64,000 bases of DNA from Eledone cirrhosa (GCA_964016885.1 OZ024745.1:72912001-72976000), one strand, 5' to 3'. Shown: positions 12,011 through 29,518, numbered from the stretch's first letter. Made by a program: numbers and translations. Notes: generated by a model from the sequence alone, not told the origin.

Positions 12011-13143
12011 AGAGAAATGAAACAAATCAATTAAGATTACAAGAGAAAATACGGGCGACTGGCTGAAGGCGTTTGGCCAGGCTCGTAGGTAATGTTTTGT
12101 CGTTACATATTGTTTATGCTTACGGAGCAAAAGAACAAGCGTGTTTTACCTTAGCATGGTCCAGCTGCGAGTCTTAGATTTCTCAAATCTTTGCGGGTTA
12201 TTTCTCCCTCAGAACGCGTAGGGATACATCCTCTTCTACTGGCGCTGATTGGCTGAGCTGAGCCAAATCACGCACAGAGAATGTATGTGAGCCCGCGGAA
12301 TGTAGGTCACTACATCACCTGCGAGCAGATTTTTAGCCGAAAATCGTTAACGATGAAGCCGAGGACTCACAGATTATTGAATCAGCAAGAAAAATGCTGA
12401 AAGAGCACATCAGTGAAAAAATAATTGAGCAGGAAGATGCATGTAAGAAAAAAAAATGAGGCGCGACGGGCCGTGTTGAGCCGCTGTCAAATGACTAGCT
12501 GTTTTGTAGTTTATACGTAACCACCAAAGGTCTACCAGAAAACAGATAAAGTCTGACATGGGCGGAGTTGCTGTTCTTGCATTAAATGTTAATGGTAAGT
12601 GTTGTACCAGTAGCTGTGAACGAAGCTATTATGGAGTTTACCAGTGCTGGCAAGAAGATGATGGGTGGGCGAGAAAATGTTGGCCTCCCAGATGTATTGC
12701 CGAATGTGCTAGGGAGCCAGGAAAAAATGGCTGGTTGCTTTGATAAGAAAAAAAAAAGCAAGTTGAATCTGTAGGTGGGTTGCAGTTCCATGTAATGCAA
12801 CAAAGAAAATGTGTGCGTGCGGTCAATATACAATGATAGAGAGAAATGAAACAAATCAATTAAGATTACAAGAGAAAATACGGGCGACTGGCTGAAGGCG
12901 TTTGGCCAGGCTCGTAGGTAATGTTTTGTCGTTACATATTGTTTATGCTTACGGAGCAAAAGAACAAGTGTGTTTTACCTTAGCATGGTCCAGCTGCGAG
13001 TCTTAGATTTCTCAAATCTTTGCGGGCTATTTCTCCCTCAAAACGCGTAGGGATACATCCTCTTCTACTGGCGCTGATTGGCTGAGCTGAGCCAAATCAC
13101 GCACAGAGAATGTATGTGAGCCCGCGGAATGTAGGTCACTACA
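12011..13143. repeat. Pair of about 304-bp direct repeats (12011-12314, 12840-13143), possibly truncated LTR-like
   Basis: Near-identical copies 829 bp apart; both end ...cactaca (TGTAGTG on minus) and carry a CCAAT box on the minus strand. Confidence 0.75.
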
Positions 13144-13696
13144 TATATATATATATATATATCCTTCCTGGAGCTTAATTATTGTAAACGACTGAGAGTT
13201 TATTCTCAAAATATAATATAATGTATACTCCTTTATTGTAAGAGCTGATCCTTAATCCTGCATAAGCGGCTGTTATTTCTAGCACCGTGAATGTGGGATA
13301 GCTAGTTTTGGCCTGCCTACCCACGTGTAGTAAGACCTGCAAAATTTTTGATGTGAGATAGAGTAATCTTACTGGATTCCTGTTGATAAGCACAGCAGAT
13401 TTGGACATTTCACTCTTTTATTTCTATTCCATTTCGATTCTCTTTATTTTTCAATTCACATTCCACCGTTGCGAAACTTATTTGAGTTTCGAGGTTCAAA
13501 TTCGTCTACAGAACAGGTTTGAATTTTGAAATTTAAATATGTCCAGGAATCATGGCAGTTGCCAATATAAGCTTGTCTTTATTGACTTATATCGAGACAG
13601 ACAAATTGTATTCACTTTTATAAGTTTATTTCATTAATAGCTAACTTTGTCTGTTGCAATGTAAACACATTTCGTGTTTATCATATACTTTAAATG

Positions 13697-16504
<2,808 letters not shown>

Positions 16505-16696
16505 GTAATAATAATAAAATTGAAGACTAAAATCCAAAGAGGGCTCGATAAGGAAAATATACATCAAATATATAAGAACCGTAGAGCAAATATTTATTAA
16601 AATAACAGATTAAAGTTTAAGCAAAGAATCGCTGCTTTCACCCTTAACGGGATCTTCTGAAACTAACAAAGTCAATCTGTAAACGCAGAACTGGAT

Positions 16697-18210
16697 ATTT
16701 CAAAAACGATTCTTGATAGAATTATACCTGAAATTAGAAGTTTGGCCCCTTTCGCACTGTGGAACAATTCTTTCGCGGTGATCGATTGGTTCAACGGCAT
16801 ATGTAACAAGGAACATTGCCGTTTTATCCAATTCGACATCAACAATTACTACTCCTCCATCACTTTACCACTTCTCCTTAGAGCTATCAATTTCGCTAAA
16901 ACACTCACAGTGGTTAAGGATTTTGAAGTTGATGTCATCCTTAATGCCCGAAAGTCGGTGATTAATTTCGACGACTCTATTTGGATTAAAAAATCCAATA
17001 GTACCCCATTCGACGTGAGTATGGGCGCCAGTGACTCTGCGGAGGTTACTGATCTTATTGGCCTTTTCCTTCTTTTCTCTATCAAGGACGAATTCCCCAA
17101 CGCGGGCGGCGGTTTGTACCGTGTCGATGGTCTTTTGACCATGACTAAGTGCGGACCTCGTGCTTGCGACAGGTTCAGAAAAGAACTCACAGCCTTCTTT
17201 AAAGGCTTCAACTCTCTATACAGGTTGAGGCCAATCTCCCGGTCGTTAATTACCTCGACGTTACCCTCAATTTATTGAATGGGTTGTATTACCCGTATAG
17301 AAAGCCGAATGATACGCTTAATTACATAAGTAAGCATTCCAACCATCCTGCCAGCATAACCAAGAACCTGGTAAGGAACGTTTCGTTGAGGCTTTCCCGT
17401 CTTTCCACCAACGAGCGCATTTTCAACGACCATTCCACTTATTACAATGAAGCTCTTGCTCGAAGTGGATTTGTCGATAAGGTAGCATATACAGTGTACG
17501 AAAATAGATCTAGAAGAAATAGATCCCGTCGCATTTGTTGGTTTAACCCACCATATAATATGGAGGTGGTCACACCATTAGTTAAAATCTTTCTTTCCCT
17601 TATTACGAAGCATTTTCCCCCTACACATAAATATAGTAAAATTTTTAATAGAAATACTATTAAAATTTCTTACTCTACGACTCCTAACCTTGCACATAAC
17701 ATCACAGCTTCAAATTTAGCTAAACTACCTAGCCGTAGGAACACGTGCAACCCTGTAGGTAGTACTAACTGTAATTGTAGGAATCGGGCTGATTGCCCCC
17801 TATCCGGGAAATGCCTCTCTAGTAACATTGTCTACAAATGTAAGGTTGTAACACCCATGTCCCGTAGGGCCTACATAGGGTTAACCGCCAATAGTTTCAA
17901 GCAGCGTCTTTACATGCATACCCATTCTTTTCGTTACCCTCTAAGAAGGAATATGACGTCACTTTCAGCTTATATCTGGAGTCTAAAAGACAACCACACC
18001 CAATATAAGTTACACTGGGAGATCCTAGCTAGGGCTAGATCGTATAACGGAAATAAAAGACCATGTGACCTCTGCGCCGCTGAGGCCCTGGAAATACTCT
18101 ACGCTATAGACCACATCTTAAACAAAAAATCTGAGGCAATTTCGGCTTGTAAACATAAATTGCACAAAACTTTCCTGTATTACAGCCCCACGTTATACCC
18201 TAACGGATAG
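16697..18210 (+). pseudogene. PLE RT plus GIY-YIG endonuclease ORF, frameshifted
   Basis: ORFs 16742-17278 and 17275-18210; the catalytic YxDD reads YRVD. Confidence 0.85.
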
Positions 18211-19125
18211 CACGATCTATACGTGGATATTTTACGTCTTGATGTGGGAGCTAAGTATATGTTTTGTTTATTCCTTTACGTATTTGCATAGGTAAGTATT
18301 TATTACCCGTATGTTTTGTGAAGGTATGTATACCTTCTCGTACGTATATTTGACTGTTATAGCGTATAATTTTTACATATTCTGGTATTTAGGGTTTGGC
18401 TATGTGTATACGGGAGTTTTGCGTCCGCGTGAGTGTGCAGGTTCGTACGTATGGTGGGTGTGTGTATATGTGTACTTCTTGTTTTAGTTGACTCACGTCT
18501 CCGAACATTCGTGTATTTATATGTAGGTATGCGTGTGCGCTTGTTATATACGTATTTATTTACTTATATACGTTTATATAATTATTTATTTATTTGTACA
18601 CAAGCATACACACACACACATATTTATATGTGCGTGGTTTTGTATACCCATGGTAAGGTTTTGCGTATGCTTGTGTATGTACGTATCTGTTTGCGTGTAT
18701 GTATTTATTTGTTCCTATTACTTCTGTATTGTATTTATTTACTTTGTTCTTAACTCTGTAGCGGAGATTCATTTGGTCTCCTAGTTAGAATTTTAGTCTA
18801 CGATTTCTGCTATACCATTTACGTGGTTTTGTCTTTGCGTGCTATTGTTCTCCACGCTCCACATATGACTTATTATCTTCGTTTTTTCGTTCATTGCCAG
18901 AGAACGTCTCTATGCACCACCTAAGAGAACATTAGTCTACGACCTCTTTTATACCATAAACGTGGTTTTGTCTTTGCGCGTAATTGTTTTTCACCGCTCC
19001 TATTAATGACGTATTATTCGTTTTTTCCCGTTCTTTGCCAGCGAACGTTACCACGAAAAAAAGTATCGTCTTCCTGTTTTCCTCCGGTTGCAACGTTTTT
19101 TGAAATATCCAGTTCTGCGTTTAAA

Positions 19126-19196
19126 GATTGACTTTGTTAGTTTCAGAAGATCTCGTTAAGGGTGAAAGCAGCGATTATTTGCTTAAACTTTAATCT
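19126..19196 (+). ncRNA. Hammerhead-like motif in the PLE pseudo-LTR (variant core CAGAAGA)
   Basis: agttt CAGAAGA tctc gttaa gggt GAAA gca..tgc TT aaact, with distal gattga/ttaatc pairing. The inverted copy at about 16605-16680 has a better stem II (ccc/ggg). Confidence 0.5.
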
Positions 19197-19210
19197 GTTA
19201 TTTTAATAAA

Positions 19211-20360
<1,150 letters not shown>

Positions 20361-20983
20361 TTTACATGGTGGCTGCCAACTCGTTTTCGAGTACGGCCAC
20401 TACTTTATATCCATGTAGGAGAACTCCTACCGATGCGCTGAACGAGTGTGACTTTTTAGTCCAGCCAGCGACTTGAAAACTCTGGTACAAACACTACACT
20501 TGTGACAATTATTGACACATAGTGCTTGGCCCATGTGACGACAAGTGCAGAGAGATCTCCAGATATAAAACAATGCCTGTGCCGTGAAGCTTTTATAGTG
20601 AGCAAAGGCACTGCACAAAGCCAGTCCCACTCTCTTAACCAAGATGATATTTACCAAAAAGAAGAACAAGTCAACATCATTGGATACCATGAGAGTTGCA
20701 GGTGTTATATCAGAGTTTTCCTTCTCCTAGAATTCTGCCTTGACAAAGGCTAAGGGGTCATCTCTCCCGGTGATTTTGGATAGCCATTGACTCTTAAGAG
20801 CTCCTTTGCTCTTTGACAGGTTTTGTTTTTAGTCCTGCAGGATGTCCAAAGTCACCCTCCTCACCAAGAAACCTTGGTGGGGTTGCCAGTTTAGTCGCCA
20901 ACGACCCGACCATGAGACAGGTTGTACTGGGATACATGTTACCAGTAGCACCAACTGGTGACCTGACATATATATATATATAT

Positions 20984-21042
<59 letters not shown>

Positions 21043-21430
21043 TATATACATTTTAGTCCAGCCAGCGACTTGAAAACTCTGGTACAAACACTACACCTGT
21101 GACAATTATTGACCCATAGTCCTGGGCCCATGGTACCATGTGACGACAAGTGCAGAGAGATCTCCAGATATAAAGCAATGCCTGTGCTGTGAAGCTTTTA
21201 TAGTGAGCAAAGGCACTGCACAAAGCCAGTCTCACTATCTTAACCAAGATGATATTTACCAAAAAGAAGAATATTTCAACATCATTGGATACCATCAGAG
21301 TTGCAGGTGTTATATCAGAGTTTTCCTTCTAGAATTCTGCCTTGACAAAGGCTAAGGGGTCATCTCTCCCGGTGATTTTGGATGGCCATTGACTCTTAAG
21401 AGTTCCTTTGCCCTTTGACAGGTTTTGTTT
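20361..21430 (-). mobile_element. Two tandem copies of a short, internally deleted RTE derivative
   Basis: 20454-20828 is repeated at 21051-21428; encodes the RTE-type C-terminal zinc finger [22 protein letters not shown], followed by the stem-loop actcgaaaacgagt and a microsatellite tail. Confidence 0.65.
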
Positions 21431-21476
21431 TATATATACATTTATATATACATATATATATACATACATATATGTA

Positions 21477-22326
21477 TATAAGTACGTACACGTACATACA
21501 TATATGTATACAGACGTACAGTAGTATGTATATATATATACATACATGCACACATATATATATATGTACGTATGGATTCACCGAACATTTATTATAATGC
21601 TCGGTGTGTTTGTAAACAAACATCCCGTATTAAGCCGTAGTGTCTAGCAACCATCGTTGCTCGTTTGTTCAACACTGACAAAGGAACGATGTACTAGTTT
21701 CAAGCTTATTAGCTATCGTCAGCAACGTATACCTTCCTGCCAGATTGTTGAACGTATATACTACCTTATGCATATTAACGGCTGAGTAGCCCAATTTGCA
21801 TATCGAGTGGGTTAATCGGCCGGGTGCACCGAAAACGATAAACGGAAAAAATGAAACGAAATTTCATTTCCCACTCTTAGTACGGCTGTTACTTAAATAT
21901 AAGTACGTACACGTACATACATATATGTATACAGACGTACAGTAGTATGTATATATATATACATACATGCACACATATATATGTACGTATGGATTCACCG
22001 AACATTTATTATAATGCTCGGTGTGTTTGTAAACAAACATCCCGTATTAAGCCGTAGTGTCTAGCAACCATCGCTGCTCGTTTGTTCAACAAAGCTTGAA
22101 ACTAGTACAGCGTTCCTTTGTCAGTGTTGAACAAACGAGCAACGATGGTTGCTAGACACTACGGCTTAATACGGGATGTTTGTTTACAAACACACCGCCC
22201 ATTATAATAAATGTTCGGTGAATCCATACGTACATATATATATGTGTGCATGTATGTATATATATATACATACTACTGTACGTCTGTATACATATATGTA
22301 TGTACGTGTACGTACTTATATTTAAG
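21477..22326. repeat. About 420-bp HHR-bearing tandem repeat (1.5 units) plus an inverted partial copy
   Basis: Unit restarts near 21898; orientation flips at 22091/22092; a further fragment lies at 50855-50997. Confidence 0.9.
21686..21728 (-). ncRNA. Minimal type I hammerhead ribozyme
   Basis: Minus strand: acgttg CTGACGA tagct aata agctt GAAA ctag TA catcgt; palindromic stem III actagt, GUA triplet; distal stem gttcaaca/tgttgaac. Confidence 0.82.
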
Positions 22327-22386
22327 TCCACTATCCGGGAGCTTCCAACAGCAATGGTTGCATTCTTTAAGGGTATGTCAATATTT

Positions 22387-22491
22387 ATTTATAAAACTGA
22401 TCTATATTATATTTTATCTGATGAAAGCACACCATAATTTAGCTTGGTGTCCTTGAAATATGTATAATGAAATAAATATGGTTTTATAAAT
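22387..22491 (+). ncRNA. Type I hammerhead ribozyme (solo family, copy 1)
   Basis: tattttat CTGATGA aagcacacca..tggtgtcctt GAAA tatgta TA atgaaata; distal atttataaaac/gttttataaat. Confidence 0.75.
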
Positions 22492-22514
22492 ATAGTTTCC
22501 ATTTTTTTAATATC

Positions 22515-22560
<46 letters not shown>

Positions 22561-22875
22561 CTGAAGGCGTGTGTGTGGCTGAAGGCGTGTGGCTAAGTGG
22601 TTATAGAATTGGATTCGCAATCTTGAGGTTGTGAGTTCGATTCATGGACCGGGCGATGTGTTATGTCCTTGAGCAAGACACTTTATTTCACGTTGCTCCT
22701 TCTACCTGGAGTTGCGACCGATAGATAGTATTAGCAATTGGAAAGACCAATGGAAACATTGTTTCCTCGGTCCGATTTGACGAAAGTCGATCGATATAGC
22801 ATATATATATATATATGCACATACATACATATACACATATACACTCATATATATATACATATACATACATATATA

Positions 22876-23734
22876 TGAGGTGTATCAGAAAAGTTCCAGG
22901 ACTGATGTCACAAAAGATTTATTTCAAACCCAAACTTCACACTAAGAGTTTTCTCCTTCAAAGTAATCCCCTGGAGTATGTAACTGTAATCTAAGCTCTT
23001 TGCCGCGATCAAACTTTTTTCTTCATAATTTTATATACATGTCCTCTGTTTCAGGTCGTCAAGCAATGAGCACAGAGCAACAAACAAACTTGAAGTTTCT
23101 GGTACGGTTGGGGAAAACTCCGTCAGAAGCACTGGGATTGCTGCAGCAAGTGTATGGGGATGAGACGATGTCACGCTCACGTGTTTTTGAGTGGTGTAAG
23201 ATGACCCCAGGAGCGGAAGGTCAACATTGAACACATCAGGCAGATGGTGCGTAGCGATCGTCGGCTGACTGTTCGACTGATGGCAAATGAGCTGGGCATG
23301 AATCGGGACAGCGTCTGGAAGATTCTCACTGAAGATTTGGACATACGGAAAGTCTGCGCGAAGATGGTGCCAGAACTGCTGAACGATGACCAGAAGGGTC
23401 GACGCATGCAAGTGTGCCAGGACATCTTCGAGCGTCTTGAAACCAAACGAGACTTGCTAGGGACAGTCATCACCCGTGAGTCATGGATCTTCGAGTATGA
23501 CCTGGAGGGGACCCGTTTTGAAGAGGTTGACGACATCAAAAAGGCCGTGATGACGGAACTGAGGAGGATCCCGAAGAATCCTTCCAGGAGTGCATGCAAG
23601 CGTGGCAGAAAAGGATGGAAAAGTGCATTAGACTCCAGAGGGATTACTTTGAAGGAGAAAACTCTTAGTGTGAAGTTTTGGTTTGAAATAAATCTTTTGT
23701 GACATCAGTCCTGGAACTTTTCTGACACACCTCG
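22876..23734 (+). mobile_element. Mariner transposon, internally deleted
   Basis: TA-flanked inverted ends of about 100 bp; transposase HTH KFLVRLGKTPSEA..VYGDETMSRSRVFEW and KVCAKMVP; most of the DDD domain is missing. Confidence 0.92.
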
Positions 23735-23863
23735 TATATACATATACATATATATCTATATACATATACATACATATATATACATATACATACATATACA
23801 TATATATATATACACACACATATATATATATATATACACACACATATATATATATATATACAC

Positions 23864-23894
<31 letters not shown>

Positions 23895-24019
23895 CATATA
23901 TATATATACACATATATATATATATACACATATATATATATACACACACATATATATATATACACATATATATATATACATATAGATACATATATACATA
24001 TACATATATATATATACAC

Positions 24020-24063
<44 letters not shown>

Positions 24064-24078
24064 TACACATATATACAC

Positions 24079-24109
<31 letters not shown>

Positions 24110-24234
24110 CACACATATATATATATATACATATACATATATATATACACATATATATATATATATATACACATATATATATATATATACACATATATAT
24201 ATATATATATATACACATATATATATATATATAT

Positions 24235-24302
<68 letters not shown>
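23735..24302. repeat. (TA)n/(CA) microsatellite
   Basis: Direct reading. Confidence 0.95.
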
Positions 24303-24307
<5 letters not shown>

Positions 24308-25242
24308 ATATTTAGAAACACACAGATACATGCGGACACACACATATACATGAATGCATCCACATCCAACCGTGAGTTAATGGTGCCAACCTTACCGATG
24401 TTGCTCTATGAATGACTGGGACAGACCAATCCGGTTGAATTAGACTGAACCAGTATCAGAGCTAAAAGTACATTATGAAGAGAGAAGAAACATTTAGATA
24501 TAATTAGTAATAAAATGTATCATACCTAAACTGCTCCTAGATTCCTCGACTACGTAGTTTCGTGGCATTAACAAAAACAATACATCATAAAGATATAGAG
24601 TTTTTGCAAGGTCTGCCGACTTATCAAGAGGATACCTCGTTTTACTAGCTTCAAGAACGCGTCTATATGATGTGAGAAAGAATTCTAAAAGGCGGAGGGG
24701 GAGATAGTCACGTGATACAATGGTCAAGAAACAGAGCTAAGCCTCTTATAACCCCGAAGAAAATACCACGGAGGCGGAGGGGGTATTTATATCGAAGCCG
24801 TAGAAGAGGTGGTGAAGGAGGCGAGAAGCATGAGTAATGGCAGCCTTCCAGCAGTCACCACACTTCAAAGATTACTCGACCAGAGGGAGTTATGAACAAT
24901 ATATTTAGAAACACACAGATACATGCGGACACACACATATACATGAATGGATCCACATCCAACCGTGTGTTAATGGTGCCAACCTTACCGATGTTTCTCT
25001 ATGAATGACTGGGACAGACCAATCCGGTTGAATTAGACTGAACCAGTATCAGAGCTAAAAGTACATTATGAAGAGAGAAGAAACATTTAGATATAATTAG
25101 TAATAAAATGTATCATACCTAAACTGCTCCTAAAACTCGCAAAAACTCTCGCAAAAACTCTATATCTTTATGATGTATTGTTTTTGTTTATGCCACGAAA
25201 CTACGTAGTCGAGGAATCTAGGAGCAGTTTAGGTATGATACA
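24303..25242. repeat. 593-bp HHR-bearing tandem repeat (1.4 units) plus an inverted partial copy
   Basis: Unit restarts at 24896; orientation flips near 25132. Confidence 0.9.
24543..24632 (-). ncRNA. Type I hammerhead with U3-A8 core variant and long stem II
   Basis: Minus strand: tcctc TTGATAA gtcggca..tgccac GAAA ctacgtag TC gagga; GUC triplet, 10-nt palindromic stem III. Confidence 0.78.
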
Positions 25243-25708
25243 ATTCAACTTTAGATGAAAAACTGCGTTTTTACAGATTTTTAGGGGTTTTTTGAGGCGT
25301 TACGACAGACCGATTTCCTTGAAATTGTAACTATGTATTAGTCAGTCTCTTCTTCATACCGGAAGCAAAGAAAATTCAACTTTCTTACGGCCTAGGGGCC
25401 GCATTAGGTGAAAAAGTTCATTTTTTCAGCTTCTTAGGGCTTTTTGGAGGCGTTACATCTAGCCGATTTTCCCGAAATTTAAAGGCATATTATGCACATA
25501 AAAAAAAATTCATTTTCTTGATCCCCTAGGGCCCGCATTAGGTGAAAACCTGCATTTTTCCTGCTTCATCGAGGAAAATCTTAAAGATTATCAAGCCATC
25601 AGAGTATTCGGTTTATTTTCTTTACGTATTGTCCAGGCATGCAGTTTTTCCACAATTAGGTCTGTTCCAAAATACCTTATCCCGTGCAACGCCGGGTACC
25701 ACTGCCAG
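25243..25708 (+). mobile_element. Non-autonomous Helitron 3' part
   Basis: Terminal hairpin cccgtgcaacgccggg followed by taccactgccag, as in the end of the element at 36103. Confidence 0.55.
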
Positions 25709-26623
25709 TATATATATATAATTACTATTTTACATACACCTTTCCATATTTGAATGGGTTGGTTGAGCCCTCTCTAGCACAACAATCCTCCATTCATTGC
25801 TGACTACTGACATCTATTTGAGATCAGCCCTCACCATGTCTACCCTGGTCTTTCTTAATCTCTCTCTGCTGCAGTTTCATATAGGCTCAGTTATCCATCT
25901 CCTTCTGTTTATTATAGTTGTTCAAGCTAATACAGATTAGGTTGGCTATCTGTGGGAACTCCTATATGTTGATAACCTAGTGTAAGTAGTTGAGTATTCC
26001 ATAGACAAATGTACTTTTAATGCAACTACCAAGCCAAACTGCTGAGAAATATGTGACAAAGCTGGACTATCTACCTGATAGCTTCCACACAGTTTTTGTC
26101 TACTCCATTACATTCTGGAAGCTTAGTTCAACCTGATTCTTGGATGAAAACACTTGTCTTATATGCCACACAGTGGGATCTGATGCAGAACCTGATGATT
26201 GCAAAGCAAACTTCTTAACCACTTAAATATGCTTAGTGTTTCACTGTAATACTTCACAGCCCAGTTAAACTTAGCTTCCTTTTATGATACTGTGTTTATT
26301 CTTTTGCTTAACCATTTGCTTTGAAGTTTAAGGGTGTTTAATGAATGTTATATTGTGTGCATATAGGATAGGTTGCTCTTTAGTTTCCCAAACGTCCAAT
26401 ATGATTCTGAGGCATGAAACCAATAGTTTCATGAAGATGAAGGTCTTCAGAGATGCCCCAAGAATTTTACAAGTTATGAAACATCCATAGTAATTATATG
26501 ATAAATGAAGCAAAAATATAATGTAATCTGTGAATGTATCAATCAAAAATTCATTTACTCTCAAGAGATCTATAACCTAAGCAACTAGTCCACATAAACG
26601 TATCTAAAGAATAAATTACTTAC

Positions 26624-26746
26624 ACTAGACATTAAAAATGTTGTGATTGTCCAATCTGAAGTTATAGTTTCATTTGACTTCTCTACTCTGATATTTCCAT
26701 AACATCTAGTTTCATCATTATCAGGCCAATAATGATTACAGATTTC
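26624..26746 (-). CDS. R3-subtype receptor PTP exon, PTP domain (EICNHYWP...)
   Basis: AG/GT bounded, 123 bp, phase 0-0; CxxYWP motif. Confidence 0.9.
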
Positions 26747-27689
26747 CTACAAAAGACAAGAAAATATAATTTAGATATGTCTATATAAATTCACTTCCAG
26801 TTGAAATTAGTAATAAAAGAAAAAGAATTGAAAGTCATTAATAACAATTAATCCAAGCCATAATATTTAAGGTATTCTGGGAATACACTGTTCTAATTAT
26901 TTTAAATTTACCACTGGTAAACATACCAACATAACAAACAGATCACACACACTGAAAACAAAATACTAAGAGCTAAATACAACTCTACAACATTCACGGC
27001 ACATATAGAACAATTAGTAAAGAAAGTAAAACAATATGCCAACTTAGAACAACCAGAGGTACAACTTTTCACAAACAGAACAAAACAACAATGGTGAAGA
27101 AACAAAGCATCGGGTCCCATATAGCATCAGGTCCCATATAGTTAATGACAGTTCTGCTTGTGATCCGAATCTCTTTACAACAAACTACAATGAACTATAA
27201 AGAACAGAGAACAACACACCACACATCATTAAAGGCTGAATATAAACCATTTACAAAATGAAATAAATATACTAAAATGAAAGATGATTAGGCATACAAA
27301 TGGCATGGTTTATTACTGTTGCAAGCTTTAACCACAACCGTTAGAAATATAAAAGAACATCTTCAAACACGCAGGTATGTATACAATACTAAAGTTCATA
27401 GCTAAAAAAATATCGCTCCCTATCAACCTGAACAAACATAAGAAACACATAAGCACAGAAATAGCTACAACATTAATAACCTCAATAACCCTAAACACTG
27501 TTGTTGGATGCACAGCACAAATATTAAGTGCAAAGAAACAACTGTCTTATTTTGGGAACTATGATTTCAGAATAATATCTTTCACAACTAATTAGGTAAC
27601 AAAAGCTATCAACTACTTTTAGAGAGACTTCCAAGAATTTGAAGATGTTTATTTCCCATGTGTTTTTACTGCTAACTACATCTGCCATA

Positions 27690-28125
27690 TGTGATCTTTT
27701 CTTTCTTTGTCATCATGTCTACGATCCAACTATACTTCTTGTGCATCTATATTGTGTGAGTTACTTTCTGAGGTCAGCCTTCAACATTTTTTTCCTAGGT
27801 TTGCCTCTTCCACAAAATTGATCCACTTTGAAACCTCTGCATTTTCTTATACAGATGTCATCATTCATACATATTACATGCCTATACCAACACTACATCT
27901 GATCCATCTCACACAGTTTGTTTTCCTCAGCTCATTAATACTTGATGCTTCATGTACACTAATATTACACATCCACTAAAGCAATGTTACTTCATTTCTT
28001 ATCAGTTTTCACAAATCTTCTGCATTTAAGGAGCAACTCTTATTCTTATACAGCCTTGTGCTTCATATATAAACATATAACTTATCCTTCCCTCTGGGAG
28101 AGAAACCCTTTGTTGTGAACAGGTT
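27690..28125 (-). mobile_element. Old RTE LINE 3' fragment
   Basis: Degenerate similarity to 3130-3560 (e.g. gggagagaaaccctttgttgtgaacagg). Confidence 0.55.
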
Positions 28126-28200
28126 TCTACTAGCAACAAAAGGTTTCTCTCTATATAAAGAGGTTTTAGGGGTGAAATATATATCAATGGGGAGACATTA

Positions 28201-28461
<261 letters not shown>

Positions 28462-29518
28462 TTACAAAGGTTGATTACTGTAAAGTTCTGTAAAATAATA
28501 ATTCCTGCAAAGAAATTCTTAAGCATATCTTATTTCTAATCATTTTATGCATTAAAATGTTGTAACCACCTGTAGGACTTCAATTCAGAATTGTGATGAT
28601 AAACTAGACTTAAAGGTGCATGGTCAAGTGGTAAAAGTATTCGGCTCTCAATTGTAAGGTCAAGAGTTTGATTTCCAGATCAAGCAGCATGTTGTGTCCT
28701 TGAGCCAGATACTTTATTTTATGTTTCTTTAATCCACTCAGCTTATAAAAATGATTTTAAATGACACTATTGCCAAGCTGTATCAGCCTTTGCTATTCCC
28801 TTGTATAATATTGGTGGTGTAGAAATGAGAAACATACATAAATGAGTAACTGCTGGTCTTCCACAAAACACATTACACAGGCTCATACCTTGGAAGATAA
28901 CTTTCCAGGTCCAAACCTATGGTGAATCATGACTAAAGAAGGCCTCATGTCATGTTATGCTTGGGAACTAGAAATGAAAAGCATTCAGTCCGATGTTGTA
29001 TTTTGTTAATACACAAACCTAGCAACTCACAAAAACATTGAGTGCTTACCAAGATATGCCTTTTATTGACTAAGTTAATTTCTGCACTTGGTAGATATAG
29101 TTGGTTAATCTGATCCAAGTTATTGTTATTATTTATTGATTCAAATAGGGAAGTGGATTGGCAGCATCGGTAGAGCGTCAGACAACATGCTTTATAGCAT
29201 AGAGTCACGGCCCTTTAGGTTCTGAGATCAAATCTTGCTGAGATTAGCTTTGCCTTTCATCCTTACTGGGTTGATAAAATAAAGCACCAGTAATGCACTG
29301 GGGTTGATTTGATCAACTTTCCCTCCACCAAATTTGTTGACCTTGGAACTAAATCAGAAATCATTATTATTCACTCCAGATTTGGGATAAAATGAGGAAT
29401 AGATCTAAACATAAAACAAGATTAAGACAAATATTCTGCTCACTTAATCTTCACATCCTTGAGAAAGAAATAATGTACATAGTATGGTATAAATAAACTC
29501 ATAGAATTACAATATTTA

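Noticed and set aside
12196-12230. aacgcgtagggatac resembling an HHR 3' half
   Set aside because: No CUGANGA core or stem II upstream.
26192-26212. CTGATGA ttgc aaa gcaa
   Set aside because: No GAAA follows; it is the antisense of a SINE head.
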